A stretch of 64,000 bases of DNA from Lytechinus pictus (GCF_037042905.1 NC_087252.1:23190001-23254000), one strand, 5' to 3'. Positions 1 to 13,979 are shown, counted from the stretch's first letter. The notes: a model not told the origin generated them from the letters alone. Translations and numbers: made by a program.

Positions 1-269
1 AAAACCTGGAAGAACAAAAGCATATTTTTCTTAATAACTTTCCAACATGCTCCCCAGGGAGTGGAAAAAGTGTGTGCAGGCACGCCAGAACCTAATCAGT
101 AGTTTGATGCATTAGAATTTATTTAAATACAATACACACTCCTCTTCATTAATTAATTTGCCAAGACACAGGACGTGTGCTTATCAACATAATATTCGTT
201 TTATAGGTCCGAAAAAGAGAAACAATTTATCTAAAGACATCAGAAATGCACTATCTTTGAATTACTTAA

Positions 270-1035
270 CCCTCAATCTCCCGGGGTATTTTGATTCTTG
301 TCAATCCCGGGGGGGGGGGGCCATTATGGCCCCCCCTTAAGATCTTGGCCGCCGATTGCGCGAGCGACGCAAAAATTTGCACACTGGTAGTGTGCGATGT
401 AATCTACAAGGCTGTATGGTAAAATTTTCCAAAATAATGAGATTTTATTTTATATGAATTAATTATGCTAATTTATGCATAAATCATACTTTTTGCTATA
501 ATTCACTAAATGAAGCTCCTAGAATGCTAATTTTTGGTAAAAAAATTCTTTGTAGCAATCTTAACAATCGCAATTAAAAAAACTTCGGTTCGGAAATCAA
601 TTTCTTATGTATTTTATTGTTTTATGAATTTCTTATGTATTTCTTTGTTTTTTTTCCTTTTTGTTTTTTATTGTTTTTTCAATGGAAATCATTCCAGACT
701 TAGATCTGATCATAAACAAGGTAAAATTAATTCAGTTTAATCAGTAAAAGTAGAAATAATGATACATTTATGAATTTTGGCTAAATACACAATTTGCATT
801 GGATTTGTACATGAAATCACGTTTATGAGCCATTTTGGGTCTGACATGCACTTACATAATGTTGCGTAATGTCGTAACCGTGTACCCGGGCATCACAAAT
901 TTGGTCTCAAAATTTGCGCGAGACTTGAAAGTAAAAAGTCAGTGAGCGGCGAGGTCAAAAAAATTTGCGCAGCAGATATATCGCGAAAATTGTCAAGGGG
1001 GGGCCATTATGGCCCCCCCCCCGGGAGAATTAGGG
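270..1035. mobile_element. piggyBac-like non-autonomous element inserted into a LINE 3' remnant
   Basis: TTAA|CCCT...AGGG|TTAA with subterminal G/C hairpins (ggggccattatggcccc); the interrupted LINE-like tail resumes after 1039. Confidence 0.8.
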
Positions 1036-1867
1036 TTAAGACAACACTTAATAAGAAAATACTTACATCCGGTCCCTAAATTGATAGATTTGCTTAGTTT
1101 CAGTTGTGGGTTGATTGGTTTGACAATTTGTTTAATGTTTCGTCTGATATAATGTATATAAAGTTGCCCTGATTTGTTTTTGTTTTTTTCCCTCGTTATG
1201 TAATGTACTTAAGTTTTTTTTCATTATGTCTTTATTGTCTATATATCATGGTGCACACATAACAAGCTCAGCTTACAGAGTTGCTACCTCCATTGTATTG
1301 TAAATTTTTTGAAAATGTATTAATGTCTTATCTTTGGAAATAAATGTTGAATTGAATTGAATAATCACTCGATATTACAAGCACTTACAGAAGACTTTCT
1401 GGCCTAAGCACTACATGCAATCTACAATGAAAATAGGGTATTTGCAGAAACTTATGAAATGGTATTATACATGTATATGCAAGGCGCTTGACGTTAGATA
1501 ATTTTTCTAAGTTTGCCAGTCGAGAAATCAGTTCTTGGAAGAAACGATCAGAAGAGGTGGTCTCAGTACAAATTCTTTTGACAAGATAATCACAAATAGA
1601 AAGTGTAATCTAAATAAGAGATTCTTTTCCTAATTGACAACAATAACTAAGTTAGTATAAAAAGAACAGAAATACATTTACTTAAAGCTCACAAAGAAGC
1701 TGAACTACAATCGTTCCTGACAATTGCCTTTTGGTGTATTTATAAATATATACTTATAAGAAATCAATCAGGAATAGATTGTCATAAATTTAGCTTGAAA
1801 TACTTACTTGAAAGGGAAATTTCTAAAAGAATCAAAGAAGATATGAACATTGAGAATAATAATAATA

Positions 1868-2148
1868 TAGGATTTGTATAGCGCATGTATCCACCTTGCT
1901 AGGTGCTCCTATATTACCCCGGCTAAGCTAGTCTACCGATTCTGGTGTGCACAGCTTTTTGAGGAATTACTTCCTGCCGGTACCCATTTACCTCACCTGG
2001 GTCGAGTACAGCACAGTGTAGATGGTCCCTTTTAAAGTCTATGGCCCATATTCTGAAGTCGGGAAAACATGCCATGGCTAGGATTCGAACCCAAGACCCT
2101 CTGTTTGAAAGGCAAGAGTCAGAACCACTAGAGACCACGATGCACCCA
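1868..2148 (-). mobile_element. tRNA-derived SINE; related copies at about 14540-14672, 30123-30389, 51000-51278 and 58280-58555
   Basis: Minus-strand head with A box GTGGTC(TC)TAGTGG and B box GGTTCGAATCC, conserved core cacctgggtcgagt.cagcaca, (TTA)n tail. Confidence 0.8.
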
Positions 2149-2549
2149 CAGAGAAGAAGTATCACAACCTTCCAAAATGTATATGCCGAAAGTTTTTCTC
2201 TTTTTTGAGGTCTCATTTGGTTCAACTTAGACCATGGTCTAACTCTGTGCTAAAATTATGGGAAGCCAAAAGTGTCAAAATTTTTATTAAGTTGCACGTT
2301 TCTTATGTTTTCTGTGCTCTTTCCTGATTTATCGATGGTGAAAACAATTAAAAAAACTTCCTACACAATTATGAATGATTTAAGAGCCAAATGAGCTGAA
2401 ATATTATATCTCTACTGTTAGTGATTTATGTAACAACTGGCTATCCATACCTTCAAACCTAAGTTTAAGTTACACCTGACTTCAGAATACGGGCCATAGA
2501 CTTTATAAAGAGACCATCCAGTCCCAGTACATAATAGGTTAATACATAC

Positions 2550-2666
2550 CACAATCTTCTTCATCGTCTCCCAACAAACAGTCTACGTATGCATCACATT
2601 TCCAGTTCTCAGGAATACATCCCAGTCCACCAATGCACTCATATTCGTCCGGCTGGCATGTCACAT
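2550..2666 (-). CDS. LDLa exon 22 (last confident exon in window)
   Basis: 117 nt; DVTCQPDEYECIGGLGCIPENWKCDAYVDCLLGDDEEDC; donor gtatgt. Confidence 0.93.
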
Positions 2667-3725
2667 CTGTAAAGAGATCAATCTTAATTTTCTGTGGATG
2701 CACTTAATCATTTTAGAGGGGAGGGCCACGCCAACAGACAGTTGACTTGAATAAAAAAGAAAATCAAACAAGACTGATCATTTCATCGGGATTGGATGTA
2801 AGAGTTATGACATTTGCAAATTTGGTACTTTTTGCAGTTATATTGAGAGTTGCGGTTGTCACTCACTCAACATTTCTTTTGTATCTCATTGCATGAATAA
2901 TACAATATTTCAATTTTAAAATTTCATCAAACCAAAATACCTTTAAACAGTGGTAATTCATTAATTTCATTAAGTTAATTAAGAATCAAACTTTAAATTA
3001 TTTCATACAGTGAGTGACATCATCGGTTCACTCATTTGAATAATGACCAGGATATGGATATAACTCTTTTGAAATTAAGCAAACCTTCAAAGTGTAACTT
3101 TTTTAGATTTTACAATATTCATCAAACTACAGTACATTACAACAATGACAATCGGACATATGCATGGAGGAACCAAACTGCAATGAAATCAAACATTGAG
3201 ATATTTCATGCAGTGACTTTTTGTGTAGAGAGTGACTTTGTCAGATCCATCATTTTAATAATGAACAGGACATGCATGTGAGTTTTTAAAATCAGGCAAA
3301 AGTTCAAAATATAATTTTGGTGAAATTTTCAGCATAAATCATTAATTTAATGACACAGCATCAAGTTGGTTGTAATCATGGCAAAAACAACAATGAAGGT
3401 TTGGTGGAAATAAACCAAAGAATAACAATGCTATAGATTTTTGCAGAATAAATTTGGTGACGTCCCATGTGTTAAAGCAGCTACCCCACTTCGTCAGATG
3501 ACATAAACCAATATACCTGATTACTTTGTGCTGTTGGCGTACAATGTTTAATTGTGCATCTGTGGCACAAAGTAATCTTGTCAACACGTTGTCATGCATT
3601 GTGAAAGGCTCTTGCCTCTAATTAGGTGTGATGTTATGTCTGAATGAACCTTTCTTGTACAAAAGCACTACGAGGTCTGAAATCTTTAGGTCCATTGTTT
3701 TGTCTCTGGTCTCGCAAAGCTAGGG

Positions 3726-4805
3726 CTTGGCCTTGCTCTTAGCTATGAGCTTGAAGTCTGTTCTTTGTCATTCAGTCAGGCCTTGGCCTTGGCAATGTCC
3801 TAAGGCAGTCTGTTATCTGTCAGTCAGGCCTTGGCCATTGATTGAATCCATTTATTTCATTTCGATAAAAAGATATTTACAAAGTATAACATACACGATT
3901 ATCACATGCATGTAATATGCCAATATACAAATACATGAAAATATGAAATGAAATAAGAGAACTTAAAGGAAGGCCTTTAAGGCTTCGTGGGTAAAACTTC
4001 CCTCAAATACATGTACTATATTCTACATTGCGTTACAGGCATATTAAAATCTTCAATTTGTAATACCCCACTCCCCGTTAAAAAACATTGGAATGTCCTT
4101 ATGCAGTCTGTTTTTGGTCAGTCAGTCAGGCCTTGGCCTTGTCCTTAGGCACTCTGTTCTTGGTTTGTAAGGCCTTGGCCTTGGCTATGTCTTTGGACAG
4201 TATGTTTTCATTTAGTCAGGCCTTGGCCTTGGCAATGTCCTTGGGCACTCTGTTCTCGATCATTCAGGCCTTGCCATTGTCTATGTCTTTGGGCAGTCTG
4301 TTATCGGTCAGTCAGGCCTTCGCCTTGGCTATGCTCTTGGGCAGTCTGTTTTTTTCAGTCAGGCCTGGCCTTGACTATGTCCTTATGCAGTCTGTTCTTG
4401 GTAAGTCAGTCAGGCCTTGGCCATGGCCAGGTCCTTGGGCAGTATGTTCTCAATCATTCAGGCCTTGCCATTGGCTATGTCCTTGGGTAGTCTGTTGTTG
4501 GTCAGTTCAGGCCTTGGTCTTGGCCATGTCCTAATGCAGTCCGTTCTCGGTCAGTCAGTCAGGCCTTGCCATTGGCTATGTCTTTGGGCAGTCTGTTCTT
4601 GGTTAGTAAAAACTTGGCCTTGGCCATGTCCTTGGGCATTCTGTTCTCAATTATTCAGTCCTTGCCATTGGCTATCTCCTGGAACGATCTTATCTCTGTT
4701 AGTCAGGCCTTAGCCCCTGGCTATCTCCTGGGACATTCTGTTCTTGATCAGCCAGACATTGGCCTTGGCCATGTTCTTGCAAGCTCTGGCCTCAGTCTTG
4801 GCTGA
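3726..4805. repeat. Degenerate ~60-bp minisatellite (ggccttggccttggctatgtccttgggcagtctg)
   Basis: Many tandem copies, interrupted at about 3840-4085; explains the repetitive ORFs 4088-4805. Confidence 0.85.
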
Positions 4806-4846
4806 CCAAGCTTCGCACAATACTGCTACTCTTTGGAAAGTCATAC

Positions 4847-4978
4847 CTTCGCATCCAACCTCATCACTGAAATCTCCGCAATCTATCCAGACATCACAAA
4901 CCCAGCTATCCGGAATGCACTGGCCATCTCCTGCACATTGGAAGTTAGTTTCATCCTCACAAGGTGGAAACGTCGCAT
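4847..4978 (-). CDS. LDLa exon 21
   Basis: 132 nt; DATFPPCEDETNFQCAGDGQCIPDSWVCDVWIDCGDFSDEVGCE. Confidence 0.93.
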
Positions 4979-5961
4979 CTGGGGGTGAGGAAAAGAAATG
5001 ATACACATTCCAGGGCATTTTATCACTTGAAGCCCTATGGTACCAGCTTTTGCACTTCAGAGTGTGAAATTCAGAATTTTCTCTACACTGCCACTTTGGT
5101 AGTCTAGTTGTATTAGAACAGAATAATAGAGAATGGATGATTTCACGTAGTGTTGAAATCTGGTGTTAGTGTTGTGGAAACAACACCATCCAAAATACCG
5201 TATTTAAAATGAGTGTTGGGATTATGACCTAGGATATTCCCAGCAGTTCATGTGGGGTGCTTTCCCCTCCACCAACGTTTGGTGTTCTCGAATTTGGCAA
5301 TCTCAAACTCAAGAACAGATAAAATCAGAATTCATACATGTTGGAAGATGAGTGGAGTCCATCAGAGTGAGCTACATTTTAATGAGCAATATTATTGATA
5401 CTTTCAATTTATTGAACTGATTTTAGACAATCCATACCATGAGATTTTACTGCAATTTTTCCCCAGACTTTAATACTGATTGCTTCTATTGATATCATCG
5501 TCAAACTTCAAATTCCAATTGTCAAAACCTTGAATTCATCATCTTGTTGTTGAATTGGCCGTATTCTTGCTATCTTTCCATCATTCATTAAAAAAAAAAA
5601 AATAATAAAATAAAATAGAGTCAATTACTTACCCGTCTTTGTCACATTTTGGTTTTCTTTTGTAAAGAGGGCAAGTTGTGCCTGCTTATATTGAATACAG
5701 TGCAATCGCCTCCTTCACATGTCACTGTGAGAAGGCTAGCATATGGAAGCGTGAACGGAAAAACGATTGCCAACAAATTTGTAGTGAATGTTTGGTGACC
5801 TAGCCTGCAGGCCTCATAGCGGATCACACAAAGTGATACAAAATTTGAATGAAAGAGTTATCAATATAGGCAATATAAGGCAGGATTTGGCGTGAAATTT
5901 GCGTGACATTCAATGAGGCACCTTTATCAATCTGCAAGAACTGCCACAGAGACAGACTCAC

Positions 5962-6306
5962 CGGGTGGTTCATCGACGGCCTCCAGAGTGATGTTAAATC
6001 CTTGTGACAAAGCGTAGATGCCAGTGAAGAACTCGATGAAGAGTTCATGCCCTTGGGACAGGAGATAGGAAGGAGGTACACTTCTGTGCATGTAGACCTC
6101 AAAGATCTGACTGAAGTCGTGCGTGTCTGTCCCGTTGCCGAATACAACGTACGAGCGGAGGCTGAGGTCGAGTGCGTTGATCGTCACGTTGATCACTTTA
6201 CCGGGAACGGTGGAAACGTGGGTTACTATGTACGTGTTCTTTGGATAGACGTCAGGGAAGTTTGGCGATATCAGCGTGGTAATGTTCTCATTTAAGAAGA
6301 TATATT
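5962..6306 (-). CDS. CUB-like exon C7 (type B)
   Basis: 345 nt; EYIFLNENITTLISPNFPDVYPKNTYIVTHVSTVPGKVINVTINALDL...FIEFFTGIYALSQGFNITLEAVDEPP. Confidence 0.9.
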
Positions 6307-6714
6307 CTGCATACGAAGGAGATACAATATATAATAATAATAATAATACAGATCATTTATATAATGCTTATTTTTCCAAGCACTGCATACTGTTCTGGCT
6401 TTAGTATGGCTAACCTGATCAGGTGAACTCACTTGGGGCCCGTTGCAGAAAGAGTTGCGATCAAACGCAACTTAAAATATCCTGCGCAACTTTGGGACTT
6501 GCGCTTGATACATGTATTTCGACTTTCATTTAAACGCAACTCTTTCTGAAACAGGCCCCTGATCTTTCAGGAAATTCCTACCAGGTACTACACATGTAAA
6601 TCTAAACTTTATATCAAATATAGAATGCACAGTATTTTGTCTGATTCTTTAAATAGCATAATCAAATTATCAAATCATTAACATTACAAAAAAAATTGCA
6701 GACTAACAAGACCA

Positions 6715-7140
6715 AATTCAGAGAGGTGGTTTGAAATTATTTCACACTAATTCTCTAATCAATACATTGCAATAATTATGGGGGGGGGGGGTTCACAAAG
6801 ATTGAAGTGTGGCTAATCATTTGAAGAGTTACACACTAATTCACCAATCAAAACATTGCAATACCGGTAATTATGGGGGAGGATTCACAAAGATTTAAGT
6901 TTGAATTATCACTTGAAGAGCTACACACTAATTAACTAATCAAAACATTGCAATACTGGTAATTATGGGGGAGGGTTCACAAAGATTGAACTGTGACTTA
7001 TCATTTGAAGAGTTACACACTAATTCACCAATCAAAACATTGCAATACCGGTAATTATGGGGGAGGGTTCACAAAGATTTAAGTTTGAATTATCACTTGA
7101 AGAGCTACACACTAATTAACTAATCAAAATATTGCAATAT
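6715..7140. repeat. ~92-bp tandem repeat
   Basis: taattatggggg recurs at about 6773, 6868, 6960 and 7052. Confidence 0.85.
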
Positions 7141-8315
7141 GTTAACAAGTAGCAAAACTGTATCTTTCCCCTAAAAGCATTTTCATTTCTCTAAACAAAT
7201 AAAATTATGGGTCAATTTATCCTCTCTATTACTCTAAAAAAGGTATATTTTAAGACAAGCTATTTTAACACACAGTCAATGAGAAACAACACACAGTATT
7301 TTGGTAAGTCTGTTCCCTGTTTAAAGTGTGTATGATGTGAATAACTCATCCTCCGGTAGATTTTTTACGACTTAACACGAAAACATATTTCAATAGTTAG
7401 GGTCCCATTTCTAGTAAAGTAGTATATGCAAAAGGCAGCTCAGATTTTTTTTTATTGAAACAATTTGCAGAAATTCCAATCTGTCTTAAATACTGTAGAA
7501 ATGATCTAATTTTATGCAAATTTGTAGGAGATGCACTTTCAGTTCAATTCAATTCAACTAAAAAATGGTCTTTATTGATGATCAAACATGTTAATAACAA
7601 CCGCACATGAGATAACAGCCGCAGCTAGAAAATTACTGTTTATAAGTTTGTGTTGGGACAATAAATTACATAGAAAAAAACATAGTAAAAAACATAGTAA
7701 AATGCAGTAACAAGGCTATACATTTAAAAAGCTAATGCAATTTTCGGTAAAGCTTAAAAGGCAATAAATGAATGCAACATGTTATGAATGGTATATTCAA
7801 TAATGGCTGACTTGAAGGAGAGGAAACTGGCAATTTATATCATTTAACGACAAAAGTGACTGTACAGCCCCTATTCCACAATGCCAATGTTGCTTTGATT
7901 TGATAGGGTAGGATCGGGGGAAAATGAACCATTTTACCAAAAGTCAGCAAAATCTGCAGTAATATAAGTTTTCCAAAGGAACGGGGGATTCATTACGTCC
8001 GCGTGCCGCTGGTAGTAGGAAAGACCTGAGTATGTTTATCCCACGATTGCACGTCGTGTGGCTTACGCTTTTCCCGCTTCCCCCACTATTCAAAATGTGC
8101 ATTTTCTGATCGGGTAGATCGGCATGAAATACTGAACATGTTAGAAATGTTTAGCCGATCACGCCGATCTGAATAAAATGCCCACTGTTATCACGTCTCC
8201 ACAACGTTGTTATTACGCTGCTCCCGATTTCAACTGATTCCTATCTCACTCTCCACCGATTTAATGATTGGGATGGATCAGGGTTTCAGATCGTGGTAGC
8301 GAAACGGAAGCTTAC

Positions 8316-8450
8316 CTGTATTTTGCGGTGTTCCACAGTTTAGTTCATCATCTGGACTCATAGTGAGGCAATCAACATGGAAATCACATCGTTGAGCACT
8401 TGGGATGCACTGACGATTAGGACACTCAAACTCATGCTCAGTGCAATTTC
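8316..8450 (-). CDS. LDLa exon 20
   Basis: 135 nt; RNCTEHEFECPNRQCIPSAQRCDFHVDCLTMSPDDELNCGTPQNT. Confidence 0.93.
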
Positions 8451-8489
8451 CTGTAAACATCGCAATCGAACTCAGTAATATCATTGGTG

Positions 8490-9020
8490 GTGAAATGAAC
8501 AATAATCATATCAGGGGGTGGTTTCAAGAAGCTACATTACACTCAAAATCAGCAATATGAACGATGAAAGGAATAATAATCATAACAGGGAGTGGTTTCA
8601 TCAATATACAGGTATACATTGCAATCAAAATCAGTAACTAATCAAAACAAGGGCGGTTTAACAAATATAAATTACAATAAAAATCAGTTATATCATGGAT
8701 GATGAAGTGAACGATATCACAACACAGGGCAGTTTCATAAATCTACTTTGCAATCAAAATCAGTCATATCATAAGCATTGAATGTGCAATAACTTAAAAC
8801 AGGGTCGGTTTCATAAACACGAATTACAATCAAAATCAGTCATATCATAAGCATTGCATTGAATGTGCAATAACTTAAAACAGGGTCAGTTTCATAAACA
8901 TGAATTACAGTCAAAATCAGTAATGTCACAAGCATTGACATGTACAATAAATCAAAACAAGGGCGGTTTCATAAACATGACTTACAATAAAAATAAGTGA
9001 CATCATGGGTGATTACAGGG
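8490..9020. repeat. Degenerate ~60-bp tandem repeat
   Basis: Recurrent ttacaatcaaaatcagt and cagggtcggtttcataaa. Confidence 0.7.
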
Positions 9021-9781
9021 GGTGCTCATGAAGCAAATTTTAAAATACATATGGCTTCATGGCCTGAAAAATAAAATGTCAAATATGCGAGCAAAAAGAA
9101 CTCAGAACATACTAAACAACATTGACTACGTTTCTCATGATCCAATTTTACAGGTTAAAATAAACCTTGGGCTCAAAATGTGTTCCAACATTCACATGAT
9201 GTAACACGCATTATCATTTGAGGCTCATAAGAGCAGTCATGTTGGAGGACAAACAATCAAAACTTGTCCATACATCTGTGATCAGTCCTTGTTTAAATGG
9301 TGTAATAATGCACAGGTTTGCTATTATTATGTCCTCAATGGTGAAGTCATGGGGGAACCTTCTGCATGCGATACGCAGAAGTTATTTCCTGGGGGTTGGG
9401 AAAGAAGCACACAAATTTTCAGTGAATTTCGAAGCAAGGAAGTGACATGAGAGCATTTGTCACGGGGGCACTTTCACGTTTTCTAAAGAGAATTTGATGG
9501 ATTTTGTGCACATTTTAGTGAATTATGGGATATTTTCAGGTAAAAAATGTAAGTTTTCATAATTTCAGGGATGGGGGAGGGGGGCATACGCCGTGAAAGC
9601 ATGTCCCATCAGCAAGATCACGAGCCCATTCATTTCATAAAATTCTTGTTATAATAACGAATTTGCAAGAACAGTTATAAGCTACATGACCTTTCTGTTG
9701 AGGTGGACTTGTCCTTTAAGTTTGCCTTTTTGTCACACTTAACTTTGTGGGTCATCCTACATGTTTATTGTGGGAACTTAC

Positions 9782-9910
9782 TTGGACAATTCAATTCATC
9801 TTCGTTGTTTGGGCAATCGTATACAAAGTCACATCGCCAGTTGCCATGAATACAAAAGTCACCAAACGCAAAATTGCATTCAAACTCATTGTCATGGTTG
9901 CCACATGCGC
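9782..9910 (-). CDS. LDLa exon 19
   Basis: 129 nt; [43 protein letters not shown]. Confidence 0.92.
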
Positions 9911-11039
9911 CTGAAATTTAAACAATAAACAATGAAAATTAGGAAGATGAAATAAAGAATGATGATTGTTATATATAATAAGTAGAATGGTAAGATGTAA
10001 GAGCAATTACGTTCATTTATTTAGTTATTTCCTCTTTAAGGATATTCATAGCATATAATGAATAAGAATATTCCAGAATGTCTCAGTAAAGCTTTGTTAG
10101 GCATGCTATTTAATAAGATAGAATAATATTTGTTATCTCTGGAATGTACTAAGACAGACAATAGACTGCTAGTGGCAGTGAAAAGGACAATAGGATTAGC
10201 TATGTTGTTTACATTGTTAATTTCACTGAGGTCATCCAAGAGTCTTCTAGAAGTGGACTATTCTAGAAAGAAGGATGATGTTCTTTTTTTAAAGACAATA
10301 CTAGAAGCTTCCAGAATAGTGGAAATTTATGTATATAAGCTGGCAGTTTCTTCAAGGACATCATCATATCAGATCAGAACTCAGAGTTTCACACCAGACT
10401 TTATGTCAAAGCATAGTTTATTTCCAACTGGAATACAACATTTATTTTCTGTGGAATTATTTGCACGGCATCAATGAACTGTTGCAGTTACTTTGAGAGA
10501 GGAATTCTCAGTTCTCATCGAGATCATCAACTTGTTTTAATGAACGCTTTTCAACCCATGGATTGCTGAAATTGACTGTTAATCAACATCGTCTTCAACT
10601 CGTTACAGTGACTCTTGTTATTCATCGTGCTTCAACATCGATTTCATCATCACCATCATTGTGAACTTTACTTTAAGGAAACTTGCCAACCAACTTGGAT
10701 TTTATTTGGATTTATAACATAACCTTGGATTGTGCATCTAACTCTTCAAGACATGTAAGATCATTGTTATTTTTTGTTTTGTTGAATGATCTATTTCCTG
10801 TAATAAAAGAAAAGGAAATCAAATTTAAAACTAAATTTTCATTGTTATTTGTTGCAGTATCGTAACATGAGGAGAATGATGATCATGCTTATTTGTTTTG
10901 TGATGAAGGTTATAACAAAAAGATGTTCAAGGGAATAGGTTTCATGTAGTAGGAAAACAATAGGAATAAAGATGATGATGATAATGATGGTAATGATGCT
11001 GATGATAGTGATGCTAATGATGGTATGAAGATCAAATGA

Positions 11040-11430
11040 TCTTTCCTTCCTCCTTCCATTCTCCTCCTGTACCTGCTCTTGTTCTTCTTTTACTTCTTAT
11101 CATTTTACCACTGTTACTCTAACTTTCCTCCTTATCATATCTTATCATAACTCATCCTCTCTCTTTTTGTAGTTTTCTTTTTCTTCCACTTCTCTTCTCT
11201 TTATCTCGTTCTTCCTCTTCTTCATCATCATCTTCTACTCCTTTCTCTTCTTCTTCTTCTTTCTCTTCTTTTTTTCTTCTTCGTTTTTTTTTTCTTCTTC
11301 TACTCCTCCTTTCTCTTCTTCTCCTCCTCCTTTCTCTTTTTCTTCTTCTCCTCCTTTCTCTTCATCTTCTTTTTCTTTGTCTTCTTCTCCTCCTTTCTCC
11401 TTCTTCTTCTTCTCTTCCTTCTCCTTCTGC
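11040..11430. repeat. Pyrimidine-rich (CTT/CT)n low-complexity tract; similar purine tract at about 59640-59900
   Basis: Direct inspection. Confidence 0.9.
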
Positions 11431-11525
11431 TTTCACACAATATGAAGCTGAACCATATTTCGAAAATACAGCTTTGTCTGAGGTGCCCTAATTTTTTTTT
11501 CAATTTTGAGATACATCTCCACACC

Positions 11526-12612
11526 TGCAGTCAGACCGCAGGTCCCTATGCTAAAGAGCAAAAAGGCCAGATTCATCCAAATCATCTCGTGGCTGAATCC
11601 TCCTCCTTGCAAAATCTCGTGATTCGTGAGATTATCTTTATCTAAGAATTTACCTGTTTTTACCTCAAGTTAAATGAAATATTATTGCACCATCAGATAG
11701 AGTAAATGTTACTCTTTCATATTGGTCATTTATTTTGTATACAATATTTTGTTAAATAAGTAAATTTCTGGCCTGAAAATGTGCCTCAAATCTGAATTTT
11801 CTTCCTCTGTTTTCTTTTGCAAATTGTGCAAAACTTTTTATTTTGAGCCTCAATGATATCTATATCACCATAAAGCTGAACTTCTGTACTTTCTCACATT
11901 GCCACTCTTGATATGCGGCACCTTTTAATCGGGTCAAGATCACACTTTTCCCACCAAGGTACAAGACGAGATTTCTGAAATTTTGTACTTGCATGAAATC
12001 CAGAGTTCTGATTGGCTGGATAAGGTTCACAGAATAACAGGCACAGGGTATTTGAGGAGATTAACACATAGGAAGTGTGACCTTCCCATGAACCCAGGCA
12101 CTGGAACCGTTGTAATTTGCCAGTGTGTGGTCTCTTTGACCAATCAGAGTGCAGTATTCTTGTTTTCAAGCTGCTTTATGTACTTGGCAAATGAAAAGTG
12201 TGATCTTGACCCGATAAAACCAATTCTTATTTTGAAACCTATATCATTTTAAAGCATACATATTCAGCTTTATCATGATCTAAAAATCATTTGGGCTCAA
12301 ACAAAAATAAAGTGTGAAAATAGCAGCTTTTGTCAGGTGAAAATAATTATTTTGTAGCATATTTTAGATCAAAAATTTAACCTATATTACAAAATCTTTG
12401 AATAAATTCAAACACATGAACTGAAAGAATGATTCTTCTTCTTTACAATGATACAAAATTCATGAAATTCGATGCACAAGTAGAGCAGCAATGACCGAAT
12501 GAAAAGAGGTGTTTTGGTCCGCATCAAGCTCATTAAATATGCAAAACATCTCAAGTCATGAATATCACTTGGATGAAAGAAGCCACTTTCTTGGGACCTG
12601 CCGTCTGACTGC
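11526..12612. mobile_element. Non-autonomous DNA element with TIRs and internal inverted symmetry
   Basis: gcagtcagaccgcaggtccc ... gggacctgccgtctgactgc; inner inverted blocks (atcgggtcaagatcacacttttc / aaagtgtgatcttgacccgat). Confidence 0.65.
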
Positions 12613-12678
12613 CTGGTGATGATAGCCTCCTGCCAACAATATCACTGCATCAAAAAGAACATTATCTGTCAAACTTAC

Positions 12679-12831
12679 TATAATCATAGGTAGAACAGTT
12701 CACAAGTGCGCCATGACCTTCATCTTCACCCATTGAACAATCTCTGAAGTTATCACAAAGAGAGAAGCTATCGATACAGTGCCCATCGTAACACTGTGTC
12801 TGCCCGGCTGTGCAGTCAGCAAACTCGTGAG
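12679..12831 (-). CDS. LDLa exon 18
   Basis: 153 nt; THEFADCTAGQTQCYDGHCIDSFSLCDNFRDCSMGEDEGHGALVNCSTYDY. Confidence 0.9.
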
Positions 12832-13458
12832 CTGAAAAAAAAAACCAAAGCAGATCAAAATAATAATAATGATCTAGTGGCTCGTTACATTTAAATTACT
12901 ATAAATATGGGTTCAACTTTACCGGTTTGTTTTCACTTGATCTACTAGCAGATGGTCTAATTTCCCAGATCATCTAACACCATTTTGGCTCATCCTACTT
13001 GGTCTACTTTCAATTTGGTCCAATAATCACTTGGTCCAACAGCCATCACTTGGAATAATCCTCCTTTAGCCTAACTGTCATTTAGTCTGTCCAGGTGGTC
13101 TATTTTCAACAGTCATGAATATTCATGAGCTTTGCAATAGTCCAGGGATAAGGCATGTACAGTACAGTGTGAAATGTGATAAAAATCATAAACCTGGCGA
13201 AGCAAATAGTATGGGCTTAAGAAAGACAGTGTGAAACACCCAAAACATAGTATAGGGTTAAGGATAGTCCGGGGTTAAGGATAATATCGGGTTAAGGAAA
13301 AGTAGTGTGAAAAGCTTACAAGCATATTACACATTAGGGTCCTACAGTCCTTTAGTATTTTAGTTGTGGTTAAGCCCTCTGTAGATTAGATTTTTTCTCG
13401 ATACAAATAAACTATCATTGCTTAATAAGTGCGGTCTATCATCATTATCATTACTTAC

Positions 13459-13800
13459 TGGTGATGTTTGTAGTTGTGACGGTCAGGTCAAACCCTCGGC
13501 CATTCGCAAAGACGCCGCAGTGAAATTGCATCCAAGCAACACTGCTCGGGACAACAACCTCGTTCCAAGCAGTGCGATGGTAGTAGGCGGTATAGAACGA
13601 GTCCACGTCATCAGGGTCAGCACCGGTCCCGAAGGAAAGATACGTGGAGATGGTGACCGAGAAGTCTTGGAAAGTGACGTGGACGTAGAGTCCGTCCGGT
13701 ACCGTGATAATCCATAGATAATAGCAGCCGCTGTCATGTGGGACAGGGTAGCCAGGGGATCGGATCACCTGGGATTCACCCTCAGACAGTGAAATGTTTA
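13459..13800 (-). CDS. CUB-like exon C6 (type A)
   Basis: 342 nt; VNISLSEGESQVIRSPGYPVPHDSGCYYLWIITVPDGLYVHVTFQDFSV...AWMQFHCGVFANGRGFDLTVTTTNIT. Confidence 0.92.
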
Positions 13801-13979
13801 CTGTTGATAAATTTAGACAAATAACATTAAAATGATATTAATAATAGCTGGATTTATACTGTACATCCCTTTTTTTTTGGCCAGAGGATACAAAGCGCAA
13901 CAACTATTGCCCAAACTTAATAGCCCGATTGCCGCTTTACCAGTAGCACTAAGTGCATTCAAGCAATTTATATTAGATT

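Noticed and set aside
1067..1075. Possible 9-nt microexon
   Set aside because: Lies within a LINE-like tail and has a weak pyrimidine tract.
4088..4805. Repetitive hydrophobic ORFs (QALALAMSLG...)
   Set aside because: Products of a degenerate intronic minisatellite that drifts between frames.
10050..10797. Strong acceptor at about 10797 followed by coding-looking sequence
   Set aside because: Multiple stops, no recognisable domain and no compatible donor identified.
11300..11524. Lys/Arg/Glu-rich ORF
   Set aside because: Translation of a (CTT)n low-complexity tract.
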